In this document: piece after piece, positions 52,264 through 64,000 of the stretch
Layout of the letters: every line of letters begins with the position of its first letter
Numbering within the stretch: position 1 is the stretch's first letter
From: Cycas panzhihuaensis
Lineage: Eukaryota > Plantae > Cycadophyta
DNA length: 64,000 nt
NCBI GenBank assembly: GCA_023213395.1
Contig: CM041465.1
Location: 221,905,741-221,969,740 of the forward strand
Direction of reading: 5' to 3'
Program-made: the position numbers and the translations under genes
The notes under the pieces: model-generated
Database searches by the model: none
What the model saw: the letters and a program-made list of their open reading frames with translations, nothing else
Told to the model about the DNA's origin: nothing

Positions 52264-54950
52264 TGTGGTATAATTTAGAGGGTTGGTAGGTAGAGGTTAG
52301 TCATCCTTAGGGGGTTATAGTACTTAGGGTAGTCTTGTATGGTTTATCATCACTTGAGATGCATGTACCTAAATAAACCTCTAAGATTCTATGAGACTTT
52401 TTCCTTGGGTATTGCTTGCTTCTTTTGATAAGAGTTTTTTAGTAATTAACTTTCAATTTACTCTTTCATACATTATTTTCCAGTGTGTTTTCTTGTGTTT
52501 CTTTCTCATGTATGTTAGATAGATGTTAGTTTAGTTTAATTCTTTTCCTTTCACCTATTTTTCTCGTTTCTTGTACATATCATCTCCTTCACAGCCTAGG
52601 TCTCTCCTCAGTCTTTACACTCATGTCTATCTAAACACGAGTGTCCACGAGAGAGAGAGGTTCGTTCCCTTCTTCGACTTAGAACCCATGCCCTAGGTCC
52701 CTTGTTAGGTTACACGAGTGATATTGCGCCCTCGTAAGTTATATGCATTATGAAATAATATATAAGTTGAATTATATTATGATTTTCCCTTAGAGCCTAT
52801 AGGATTTCCTTAAAAAATTATGGTATATCTTCTCTAATATCTTATAATTCTAACTTTAATTTTTATTTCAATGTGTTTTACCTTTTTTTGGCATTTACAA
52901 CTAATTAGTCTTATAATAATTTAATCTCTTGCTTAATGCCTTACTAAGGCCTCTAAAGAAATTTTCTAACATTTCTAATTTTTGAATATTTATTACCTAT
53001 ACTATTAGAGTTTGGTATTATTTGATGTATTCTACTACTATGTCGGCCCATTATAAATTTATGAGTGATAAAATAATCATTATCCTATGAATTTTCTAAG
53101 TACTTAAAAATGCCTATGATGAAGGTTCACCAATTTGCTATCTACCTATTTGCCTTCTTCTCCCACCATTTATACTAATTGAATGTTGTTCCCTTTAAAT
53201 ATATAATATGGCTAATATGGTGTGAATATTATTATCTAGTAATTTATAGAGATTAGAGTGTTGGTCCATGTTGTTAACCCATTCATTTGATCATGGTCTT
53301 CCTTTTTCTACTCAACTTTTAAATGTGTACTTTTGAATGATATCCTTTCTGGGCCTACAGAATTTGTTGTTAATGGCATTCCCTAATCTATTATTATTTG
53401 TTTAATAGAGATTTCCCTAATAATTATGACAATCTTACAACTATATCGATTAGACACTTTCAATTTTAAAATATAATGGTTTCGCTCAATTCTAATCCCT
53501 TTAAGGGTGAAGGTATATATGGTTCTATTTCTTCTCTATTTTCAAAGAAAGACATTAATGATATAGCTAGAAAAAGTGTGAATTATATGGTCATGTACCT
53601 ATAATTTATAAGAATTATGGATCTAATATAATCTCAAGTGATCCCTATGGGATATATAGTATTTTTACTCTTCAAGAATGTTAAAATATATGATTGAAAG
53701 AAATATACATTTACATAGATCAAATAATGAGGAACAAAATGAAATTAAGCTAAATGAAGATATGCTAAGAATACATATCAATAATCAATTAGACCTTTTT
53801 TGGCCTTTTCAAGGAAGGGGTCCTCCATAATTACATAAAGTCCTCAAGCAAAGAAAGCTCAATGAAATTTGTAAACTAATATTTCAAAATGAGGAATTCT
53901 AAGTCCTATTGATAAGAATTTGGTGATCCTACCTCAACTTGATATGATCAGTTAATTTTAGTATTTTTAACTTATTTTATTACATTACTCTAGATTCTGC
54001 TAGAGACTATGGGACTTGCCTCAAAGTCTAAATAAATATAAAACATTAATACTCTTATGTTTATGTTTAGTTATTCAATTATAATTTTCTTTCACTATGT
54101 AAAAGTTTGCATATCCTTTAATTCATTATATTCCATACAATCTAATCATTAATTTATAACTTATATACTTGAACTTATAATTTAAATTCATGGCTTATAT
54201 ACTAGAGTATTGTTCTCCTTGCTTCCCGCATTGAAATCTAATATGATTGTTATGTCTCTAGCTCTTATGGCATATGCATAGAAACCTTTGATATTAGTCT
54301 CCTAATTAGTTTATTATTATGCTTTATTCTATAATATGGACACCTTTAATTTTGTTATCTTGTGGATCCTTAATTTAACTTGTAATGTTAGATTCACACT
54401 ATAAAATGTTGATGATAAGACCAAAGAAGAGTATGTTGATAATACCATTGAGTTTGTTATACTTTTACTTCTCCAATGAATAAGATCAATTATTAAACTT
54501 ATTTTAGTGGTCTTAAAAAATTTAATAGTTACAAAATTTTCCAACTAATCTTTATTATCAACAAGTATTCTCAAGATATTTTGTAAGTAGTCCATATAAT
54601 GAAGTAGTTCTAGTGATATTTCTTTAAACTAATAAAGCTCCATATTAGAACCACACTTGTTAGATGCAAATAATTATGGGTAATTAAATGCCAAAATATT
54701 TTAGAAGGATTCAGAAAAAATTATAACTCAATTTTTTTATGCATGTATAATAAATCTAATTATTAATAATAATTGATATATAGGATAATAATGGGTTTAT
54801 GAGAATGTTTAAGTCCTCTCAATTCTATATAGTAATAAAGAGAGGAGATATTTTCAGAGGCATAAAAGTGATAACCCTATTGGAAGATATGGATATTTCT
54901 TAACTTCTAAATAAACTAAATAGAAATGAAACATTGAGCCCAATGTGTAT
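52264..54950 (+). mobile_element. Possible old LTR (about 52264-52714) plus very decayed gypsy-like internal sequence
   Basis: TG...TTACA segment followed by the PBS-like agtgatattgcgcc. Only faint integrase-like patches downstream. Confidence 0.25.
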
Positions 54951-54961
54951 GACACAACATG

Positions 54962-56596
54962 TGTTGGCCGACTGAGGCTTTAAGGCTTTTCCCAACAACA
55001 TGTTGTTGTAGTTCCATGACAACATATATAAACCATGACATTCATACTCATAACATCAATGAACATAACATTTACAAGAGAAGATGACCTAAATATAAGT
55101 AATAATAACATCATTTATTGGTTAAGAGGATTACATGGTTGGTTGGGTAGCGAAGGCTACTAGCCTGGAATTAATGCATCAACCCTTACACAGTGAACCA
55201 TCATACACCACTCTTCGAAAATGCCTTTCTCATGCTATCTATTTATACATTGTGTTAGGTGGTTTAATTATCCAACTAATCCCTACATTAATAACTTTTT
55301 TATACATTAATTAATACTTATATTAAGATAAGCCTTAATGACCTCTTTTGATCTATGACCAATGAACCTTTTATTAATGTATTGATCATGACCCTTTTAT
55401 AAGCCAACATGTCTCTTGGGCTTAAAACATATTTCGCCCTAGAATGTTGTCAAATCCCAATATCTCCCCTAAATTTAAAATATCACATAAGGTTGAACAA
55501 AAAATAACATGTATTTATGTGATAAACAAGAGTTAATAATGTCTATATGAAAGATTGTCCATTTGCCAATCTGTATGGGTAACTGGCCACTACATCTATC
55601 AATTCACTAGGAAATCCTTTGGATGCATGTTTCATCATCAATATGCATCATGTTATTGATCAATAATATAGATGTACTACTAATGAGTAATAATCATCTA
55701 AATATGAGTTGTGTCTTACTATTGAATTATTTTTCTAAGTTCCAATCAATGGGATCTCATATCTGGATGTTGTATTACCCAATCACATGGGTCATGGTAG
55801 TCATGCTAAATCCTACCCATGTGTTTGCTAGGTTGTTAACATCTCCATCTAAGTCCTTTTTGTAATGTAGCTCCTTTTTTTAAGTTGAACTGAGAAGTGA
55901 GCCTCAAGACCTGTATTCCTTGTCTTATTTTAGAGAGTTTTAATTAGAGGGTTCAGGTTGACCCACAACGTTTTCTAGCTTATTATATGATAAAGGGTTT
56001 GGGCTAACCTATGACCATCACATCAACTCAATAGCATTATTATTAATAGAGAAAGTGGTTACATCATATTAGGTATTCATTCATTGGGGATCATTATCAG
56101 TTGAGTAAAAATCATACTACATGAGATAGTACTAAGCTATTTACTTCCATTTGTTGTTGCATGCTACTGGCAAATGAGAAAAATCTTAATTTGGACTAAA
56201 ATTAAAAAATTCATGTGCCTACAACCTTGTCATCACATGTGTTCTTGAATTTTTCCCCAATACACATGAGGTCATGCTTGTCTTCAATTGTTCTAGAGTC
56301 TTATCGATGATACACACTATAATGACATATCAACATTATGTATAGGCATGTGACATGGCTAGACCTCCAAAAATACTAACAATTTTCTTTTTACAAAATA
56401 CAGAAAGCTAGCAACTTCCTTGACATTATTGCTAGCTTTCCTTGTTTTGTAAATAAAATTTACTAATCGCCCTTCTTGTGATTTAAGATCTAATCTAAAC
56501 TCTCATGTAGCAACCTTATCTTGTTCATGTACTTGACTCTATCGTTAAGTACCTTTTTCACGTCTGCATACCTTATAAAGAACCATATCTTCAGCC
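54962..56596 (-). mobile_element. Truncated copia fragment (3' LTR ~54962-55462, PPT, eroded RH/RT), cut by the duplication junction
   Basis: TGTTGG...CCCAATA followed by TCTCCCCT. Weak RT patches at 55980-56560. Confidence 0.5.
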
Positions 56597-56858
56597 ATGG
56601 TGCCTAAATTGGGTTATGATCCCCTTAACACAATACTTAAAACAAATGGATAAATCTCCATCAACATCATGTCAAATGCCTAAAGTAGGTTGCACCAACC
56701 TTCAATATGGTTTCAACCTATTATGGTAAGTAAAATCCTGCACCTCCTTGTGGCTTTCTACATATCAAGATTCTAACTAGGATATAGAATCTTATTAGAT
56801 AAAATTCATCTTACCTTTAGAAATCTACAGCTTATTCCTCTCTCTCTTTCCTCTTCTG

Positions 56859-59800
56859 TATTAAGATTAGGAATATAACAAGCATATGAAACCCTAATGG
56901 TGAGCAATAAAAAGATGAAGTATATACAAAATAGACACCGTGTTGGAGAATTGGCCAAAACTTAATTATGAACAAATAAGAGTACATACTTATAGTACAA
57001 CCTCACCACTAGAGAGAGAACCCCATTGGACTACATAGAGGTGGCACACATATCAAGGTGGCCCACAACTCTAATATAAAATACAAAAGATAGAGAGAGT
57101 TTACATAGGGCTAATGGAATTAAGTATTACACCCAACATTCCCCCCTGTAATAGTCAATTATATAAATGTCGTCACATCAATAATAAGCTCAAGTCTCCA
57201 AAAGTCTGTTGGATCATAACTGCTGCTGCACAGAATAAGAAAGCTGTTGAAGTCCATATGAAGTAGAGTCCATCTATCAGAATGCATGGGTTATCAGCCG
57301 CTGCAACTGCTAGTTAGGTAGGAACTCCCTTTATATACGTGGATCAATCAACAACTGGCAAGAGTAGTTGTATAAGGTCCCACCCTCGCTCATATAGGAG
57401 TGTAAGTAGGAAAAAATATATATAGAGCACATGGGAGGCAAGAGTAGCTTCTAAAAGTGTGTCCTACCTCTTGCTCAATAGGACTACCACTTCTTCGACA
57501 TCTATTAGCCGGAAATACAATGGCACTATGGCCTCAAACATGCCACATGGGCTAAAAGATGCCTCATTGGGCTAACAACTTGCCACCATGGGCAAAAATA
57601 ACCAGCATTAGAAATTTTTACATGAGTGAAAAATAATATGTGACTTGTGTAGCACATATGACTCTCTCTCATAAATGAAGTACAATATGATCGCAATGGG
57701 TTCTTCAAGAGCTAAAAAGAAGTCCATAGTACATGTCATCCCCTCCCATTTGGGGTACATTACATCAAGAAGCCTTGAAAATATAATATGTGCTTGAAGA
57801 AGCTGAAAAAAAATGAAGACAAATAGAAACTTGTGACTTTGAATGAAAAAATCTCTATAAAAATAGCTCCTAGGTCTAAGATATCATCAAAAATGTGAAA
57901 GATAGTCTTTAACGACGCTGAAAAATGAAGGTTAGCCCCTTTTATGGCTAGCTACTGTTCATATAAATCCTCCATAAGACTAAGTGCTAATAGCAAAGGG
58001 GCTAGGGTGGATCCGAAACCAATATCTAATATAGTTAAATTTATTTTTTCAAATCGAAAAAAAATAAACTTAACCCTTTTTAATAACAAAATTCGCCAAC
58101 ATAATATACGCGAAAAAAAATATAGTGTTAACCCTAAATAGGGTTTGCAATAACGATATACCCCATTGAGAGGGGGGGCGTCGCCATTGAATATATTTAT
58201 AGGTGCAGGATGCCATTAATCGAACCGACATTGAAGAATGAAATTACAGAGTCATGCATGCGAGGTTTTCCCATGAGTGGCAATATCCATGAGCACGCAT
58301 CGACTACGATAACTCTAGATCTCTAAGAGTTTCCATCACCATCCATTCGAATGCCCTGTGTAGAACGCGTCAGGCAAAAACCACTAAGCTGCCATATACT
58401 TTGCAGAGTTTGTAATGGATGAAGCCATGTTTTATTTCCGTGTCGCCATTGTATGGTTTGTAGGTCTCCACTGTGGGAATAATTATTGAATTGCCATTGA
58501 TGAAGTGCTCGAGCATGCATACTCTAATCCAACACTTGTCTATAACTGAGGACGCTCACATTCCAGCTATTAACGAGCTTCCCATCAGTGAAACCTAAAT
58601 GAAACGGAGGTCTAAGGAATGATAGAACTAGCAATAGCCAATCTGCAAAGAATTTAGCGATGGTTGCTTCTCATCCAGAAATTTTATCCTATTCATAAAT
58701 TTGGTATTGATAATTTTAGCATCGATAAGACCATTTCAACTGCCAAGTAGCCAGTGGATATCTGCCCCAACTGTCACCTCAGAACTGAAAGGCCACGCTC
58801 CATTTATTCTGTGTGGTCGCCATCACGGTAATAAGGAGAACGCAGGTACTTCCTGAGAGACCAGGTGCATTTTTCGTTGCAATATGACGGGGATCGACAT
58901 CAAATGGCAATGTCATATCTCACGAATATTCTGTCATCCAAGGTTTATGATTTGGCCATCGAATCCCCGCTCTAGTATGTGCCCCAGGTGTCTGAGAAGA
59001 TAGGCTTCAGGATTTGGTTGAAATAAGAGGACCTGTAGCATGTTTTCTTTTTATTGCGTGAGGCATACAACACGATGGCAAAACTACCTAAGAAGTAGCT
59101 AGAGAGAGGAGTTATATGCTCCAATACCAAGCAGAAATACGATCACAAAATAGCTGCCAATAATTATCAACAAAACTATCAATCATCATTAATGCATTAC
59201 CTACACCAATGATAACTGATAATAAATAAATATAGCTCCACATGTTGTCTGGCAGGAAATAGATTGTAGTTGTAGAGAATATCCATCAGACTGCCATGAC
59301 AGCCACTCTCTTGCTGGTACATGGAAATATAGGCCAATGGTTTTCTAGTCATACTCTCTATAGTTTTGGCAAATGGTTACACACCAACAAATAGATTTGG
59401 CAGAAAACCATTTTTTTTTTTTTTGAAAAATACATAAGAACATAGGGTAGAATATAGATTTTTTGATTTTTTTTTTTTCAATACAAGAAGCTATAAAATA
59501 GTACATATCAATAGAAGTATATGTATGACCTATAAATCTGTAAATCTTCCAAAAATGGAGTCACTTCTGGCTTCCGAATAGCGAGAAGCGCTCTTTCAAC
59601 CATCATAACAGTTCACGCAACACTCTAATCGACGAAGGAAGTAGCTAAATAGTAGTTGAATCTTCACAAAGAATGCGGTGGACTTTCACTTGCATGCAAA
59701 TTTATTGTGGTACCACATGTAGAGAAGATGTCCACTTGAGCAGCATCAACAGGCTTCAAACAACTACAAAACTTCAAAATAGGCTTAAAAATAGCCTCCC

Positions 59801-60290
59801 CTCAACACCAAAATAGCCCTTCAAAACTTGATAACAGTCCCATAACAAAATATGCATAAGATGTAACTTGAAATGATCTTCAACTTGATAAAGTCACCAA
59901 ATAGGCACATCAAAAAAATTTACAAGATTTGAAAGCTCAAAAACATGGATAACACGTACTAGGATTTGCAAGAAATGCCTCCAAGGACTAAACCTTGGGC
60001 TCTGATACCATGTTAGGATTAGGAATGTAACAAGCATATCAAACCCTAATGGTGAGCAACAAAAAGATGAAGTATATACAAAATAGACACCATGTTGGAG
60101 AATTGACTAAAACTCAATTATAAACAAATAAGAGTACATACTTATAGTACAACCTCATCACTAGAGAGAGAACCCCATTGGACTACTTAGAGGTGGCACA
60201 CATATCAAGGTGGCCCACAACTCTAATATAAAATACAAAAGATAGAGAGAGTTTACATAGGGCTAATGGAATTGAGTATTACACCCAACA
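56859..60290 (-). mobile_element. Non-autonomous LTR retrotransposon J (3.4 kb, 280-bp LTRs) carrying a host gene fragment
   Basis: LTRs 56859-57138 and 60011-60290 differ by about 13 substitutions by eye. TSD TTCTG/TTCCG. Perfect PBS complement GCTCTGATACCA at 59999-60010. PPT at 57139-57146. Absent from duplication copy 1. No gag/pol recognised. Confidence 0.95.
58874..59122 (+). pseudogene. OMR1: Captured host gene fragment: plant biosynthetic threonine dehydratase/deaminase (ilvA/OMR1 homolog), N-terminal catalytic region
   Basis: SLQY...[68 protein letters not shown] matches the plant TD pattern [20 protein letters not shown]...[34 protein letters not shown]. Confidence 0.92.
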
Positions 60291-60295
60291 TTCCG

Positions 60296-60322
<27 letters not shown>
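60296..60322. repeat. (TA)n microsatellite in the duplicated H LTR (paralog at ~43994-44015)
   Basis: Dinucleotide run. Confidence 0.95.
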
Positions 60323-60330
<8 letters not shown>

Positions 60331-60949
60331 ACTATAGTTGGTCACCAAGAGGTATGACTCTTTTTTTATTGTGCCCTTTCATACATATATTAATTAATCA
60401 TGCATTAATGGTAATTTACTTATTCACTTTAATTAAGTTTTTATTTCTCCCAATAAGGGAAATTAGGTATGTGACACAAACATATTCTCTTTTTCCAATT
60501 CCATAAGGTCATCTATAAGAGAACAATTCAATTCCTTTATACCATTAATGATTTTTTCATTTACATGTGCCTAACATTCTACTTCTTTATTAAAATTGTG
60601 GCTTATTTAATTTATTTATATGCCATTTTTAATCAAGAGCTAAAAATGAGGCGTAATAATCTCTACTTAGATTTCATCACCAAGGGAGATGGGTGACCTT
60701 ACACCTAAGGTGGGTTGTATCTTTATTATATTTTAAGTAAGCTAGTCATAGGTGGTTATCTCAACTGCATGTAATTGGAAGAACTAAGTACCATTAGTCC
60801 CATTGAGAGCAACCTATCTCACCTCTTTTCAACCCTAGGAGCTTGAGGCCCATCAAAATCTAATCCATGTATCTTTTAGACCTTCCACACTTACAAGTGG
60901 GTTATTATTAGAGGAACAAGTACTCACTGACTTATCCATGAGTGGATTG

Positions 60950-63900
60950 TGAAGGAATGATAGATCTAGGGAATAAATTACTCACATGTATACAATGGCA
61001 ATGGAGAATGAAGAAGAGATTAAAACAAGATATAAGAGCAAAGCTTGGAGGTGAGAATGAATAATGACTCCCTCCTTGGGATTTTACCTTTTATTATTAA
61101 GGGTAAGTATTAGAGTTAGGATTTTCTTACCTAATGACATGAACTCAAAATTATATCTAAATACACATAAAGTACATTTCACTACAAGACTAATACTAAC
61201 ATTATACCGCAAGGTCACTTAATTAATCTACACAAATAACCTTGATACATTAACCTCTTTCAATCCCCCCTAAATGATAGAAGGTTATTTTAAAAAAATC
61301 TATTATATGAGGTCTTCATTTTAGCTTCATTATTACATTGAAATTCTAAATGACACTTTTGTGGGAAAACCCTCATGGAAAATAAAAACTCATGGACTTT
61401 TTAAGATCTATAGTCCATTTTATAAATTAAAATAGCTTAGGTGGCTCTTGATGTAGCCTAATAGCTAAGCAGCTTGATTTGTTAAATCTCCATATATCGT
61501 TTGGTCATCCCTTATGCCCTTTCAAGTTTTCATAGATTCAGATTTTCCAAAACTAGTATAACCCTTATTCTTCCATGCCCACATGGGGTTTTCACAAATA
61601 GGATAGAGCAAAGACTTACTCTTATTCTTCTGCACCCATAAGGGATTTTTATAAAGAGAATAAAGTATGATGATCTTGTTGCCATCTTCTTTGATCAGTC
61701 AAAGATATAGGCTATGAGGCTAAGCTACCTTTAGAACTATTTAAACTTCATCCTTTGTAATGGTTTGGTGAAGATATTAGCTACTTGATCTACTCTAAGG
61801 TAGTATTCTAATTAAATTATGCTATCATGAACTAGTTCTCTAATCCTGTGGACTTTTGTACTTATGTGTTTGATATGATCATGAAATATAAGATTTTTTT
61901 CCATATGGATTGTTGATTGATTATCTACACAAAAGCCGGTAGGATTTATTTCGGTGATATTCAATGTTTCCAATAATTTTCTAAACCATATCAACTCCTT
62001 GCCAATCTCAAAAGCAACAGTGTATTTAGCTTCGGTAGTTGAATTAGTAACTATCTTTTGTCATCTAGATCTCCATGATATTGGTGTTATTCTAAAAAAT
62101 GTTGCATACCCAGACATATATCTTCATGTATCTTTATCTCCTACAAAGTCTAAGTCTCTGTATGCAGAAAGCTTAAATTCATTATTAGGTTCATACAACA
62201 GACCAAATTTGTTGGTGGTTTTTAGGTATTTTAACACTTGAATTGCAGCGTGCGAGTGATTCTACTTAGGATTTATCATGAATCGTGTAAAAATACTGAT
62301 AAAGTGTGCAATATCTAGCCTTATATTGGTAGTGTAGATGAGACTACCTATAAGTTTCTTATAGAGTGTTACGTTTACCTCCCTAGTATTACCATCAACT
62401 AAGAGTTTGGTATTAGGGTCCATAGGTATAGCCACTGGTTGAGTATTTTTTAACTGAAACTTCATTAGAAGATCATTGATGTATTTTTCTTAAGAGAGAA
62501 AAAATTTTCCATTCTTTTATATTACTTCAATTCCTAAGTAATATTTCATCAATATGAGATTAAACAATTTAAATATATTATCAAGGTCCTTTTTCAACTA
62601 GCTTATTACCTGTTCATTGTTACCCATTACTAACATATCATCCACAAAAATTATGAGATAAGTGACTTTATCTTTTTGCCACTTGATGCATAGTGTTGTA
62701 TCAATATCTTGATAGTCACAAATCTCATATCCAAGTTACTTCATTCTTTTAGAGAATTTGGGAAACCAAGCAAGAGGAGCTTATTTAAGGCCATACAAGG
62801 ACTTTTTGAGTTTGCAAACCTTATGCTCTTGACCTTCGATCTTGTATCCTTTTGGTTGAGCCATATAAATTTCTTCTTCAAGATCCCCATTGAGAAACAC
62901 GGTCTTAATATCAAGCTGGTAAAATTTTTAGCCCTATTGAGCAGCCAAGGCCACAATAGTTCTAATTGTAGGCCACTTAGTTGTATGTGTAAAGACTTTA
63001 GTGTAGTTGATGCCTTCTCATTATGTAAATCCTTTAGCTACCAACCTCACCTTGTGTTTTTCCAAGGTGCCATCTAATCTGTATTTATTTTTGAACATAC
63101 ATTTATTTTGAACTACCTTTCTACCAAGTGGTAGATCAACGTGCTCCCATGTACTATTTTTTATGAGAGATTGGTATTCTTCATTTATTGCATTTCTCCA
63201 AACTATATGTTTCATAGCTTTTTGGTATGAGAGGGGCTCTTCATTAAGAGTAAGGTGCAGTTCTATCGGTTCAACCTCAATATATAATGATTCCTACATC
63301 CTTACTCTATGGGCACTTTGAGTGCCAATTTTGTCCACCTCATATGGTCATATGTTGTTGTTAAGTTAGTGGGCTTTACGAGATCCTTGAGTTAGGAACG
63401 AGATCCTTATTTCCTCAACTTTTTTGTTCTTATTTTGTTCATTAAAATGATCATTTTCTGAGGAGGATATCGACATGCCTAGGGGAGATGGTCCTTCTAC
63501 CACTATTTTACCTTTATTAACCAAAGATAGAGAGGATGATTCTTCTATAATGGCTTTACCTTTATCAACTCTATTATCTTTAAAGGATAGTGTTGTATGT
63601 GTATTCATCAAGTCTGAGTCACAACTTATATCTTTTGAGGCTCTATTATCAACTTCTAATATTTGGAGTAATTTCTGTGTGTCTCCCCTCCAAATTTTAG
63701 AATTTGAACATCATACTTAATAACATCATTATAACGGCATGAGGGTGTTTTGGAGTCTAGTCTAAGCAACTAATCTTCTCTCTCTGCAAAAATGACATCT
63801 CTGGTAATGATGATTTTTTGTTGTGAAGGTATAAATACCTTATATCCTTTCTTGTCCATAGGATATCCCATAAAGATGCCTTTAAGTGCCCTTAATTAGA

Positions 63901-64000
63901 GTTTATTTCAATTTGCATCCAGAATATGGGCATAGCATGTAGAGCCAATAATTTTAAAGTAGTGAACAATTGGGATTTATCTTGACCATTTTTCATTACG
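60950..64000 (-). mobile_element. Duplicate of copia D (3' LTR 60950-61262, RH, RT, INT C-terminus), continuing beyond the window
   Basis: Same flank junction (GATTG|TGAAGG) as 44634. RT ORF pieces 61812..61994, 62262..62465 and 63021..63215. Confidence 0.92.

Larger units (their letters stand above)
56597..64000 (+). repeat. Segmental duplication, copy 2, carrying a later LTR-element insertion; runs off the window
   Basis: Aligns to 43733-47656 once 56859-60295 is removed. Confidence 0.93.

Noticed and set aside
58487-58530. Kinase subdomain XI-like peptide (R)IAIDEVLEHAY in the J cargo
   Set aside because: Too short and lacking the upstream DP motif; cannot be told from chance without a search.
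58874-59122. Functional ilvA gene or bacterial horizontal transfer
   Set aside because: Fragmentary, four stops and a damaged PLP-lysine motif. The residue context ([12 protein letters not shown], GVICS) looks plant-type.
59999-60010. tRNA-Met gene
   Set aside because: Only the 12-nt 3' end matches, directly beside an LTR. It is a PBS, with no cloverleaf.

Overview
This 64-kb window is AT-rich, CpG-depleted plant repeat DNA. It probably comes from a large-genome vascular plant such as a gymnosperm (inference). There is no intact host gene. Most of the window is a nest of decayed retroelements: the 3' end of an L1 LINE, at least six Ty1/copia-type elements, a solo LTR and several Ty3/gypsy elements. 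Eight insertions can be bounded by LTR ends and 5-bp target-site duplications (TSDs), and a local segmental duplication links 43733-47656 to 56597-64000. Two signals stand out. (1) Two non-autonomous copia-type elements (22345-28503 and 56859-60290) carry host gene fragments antisense to the element: threonine dehydratase/OMR1, a TrmA/RlmD-family RNA methyltransferase and probably a PPR motif. (2) LTRs of two different families have grown at their U5 end by tandem 32-42 bp units, each made of an LTR terminus, a variable spacer and a tRNA-iMet primer-binding site (PBS). All calls were made by eye from translation and alignment, with no database searches. Coordinates of decayed coding regions are approximate.
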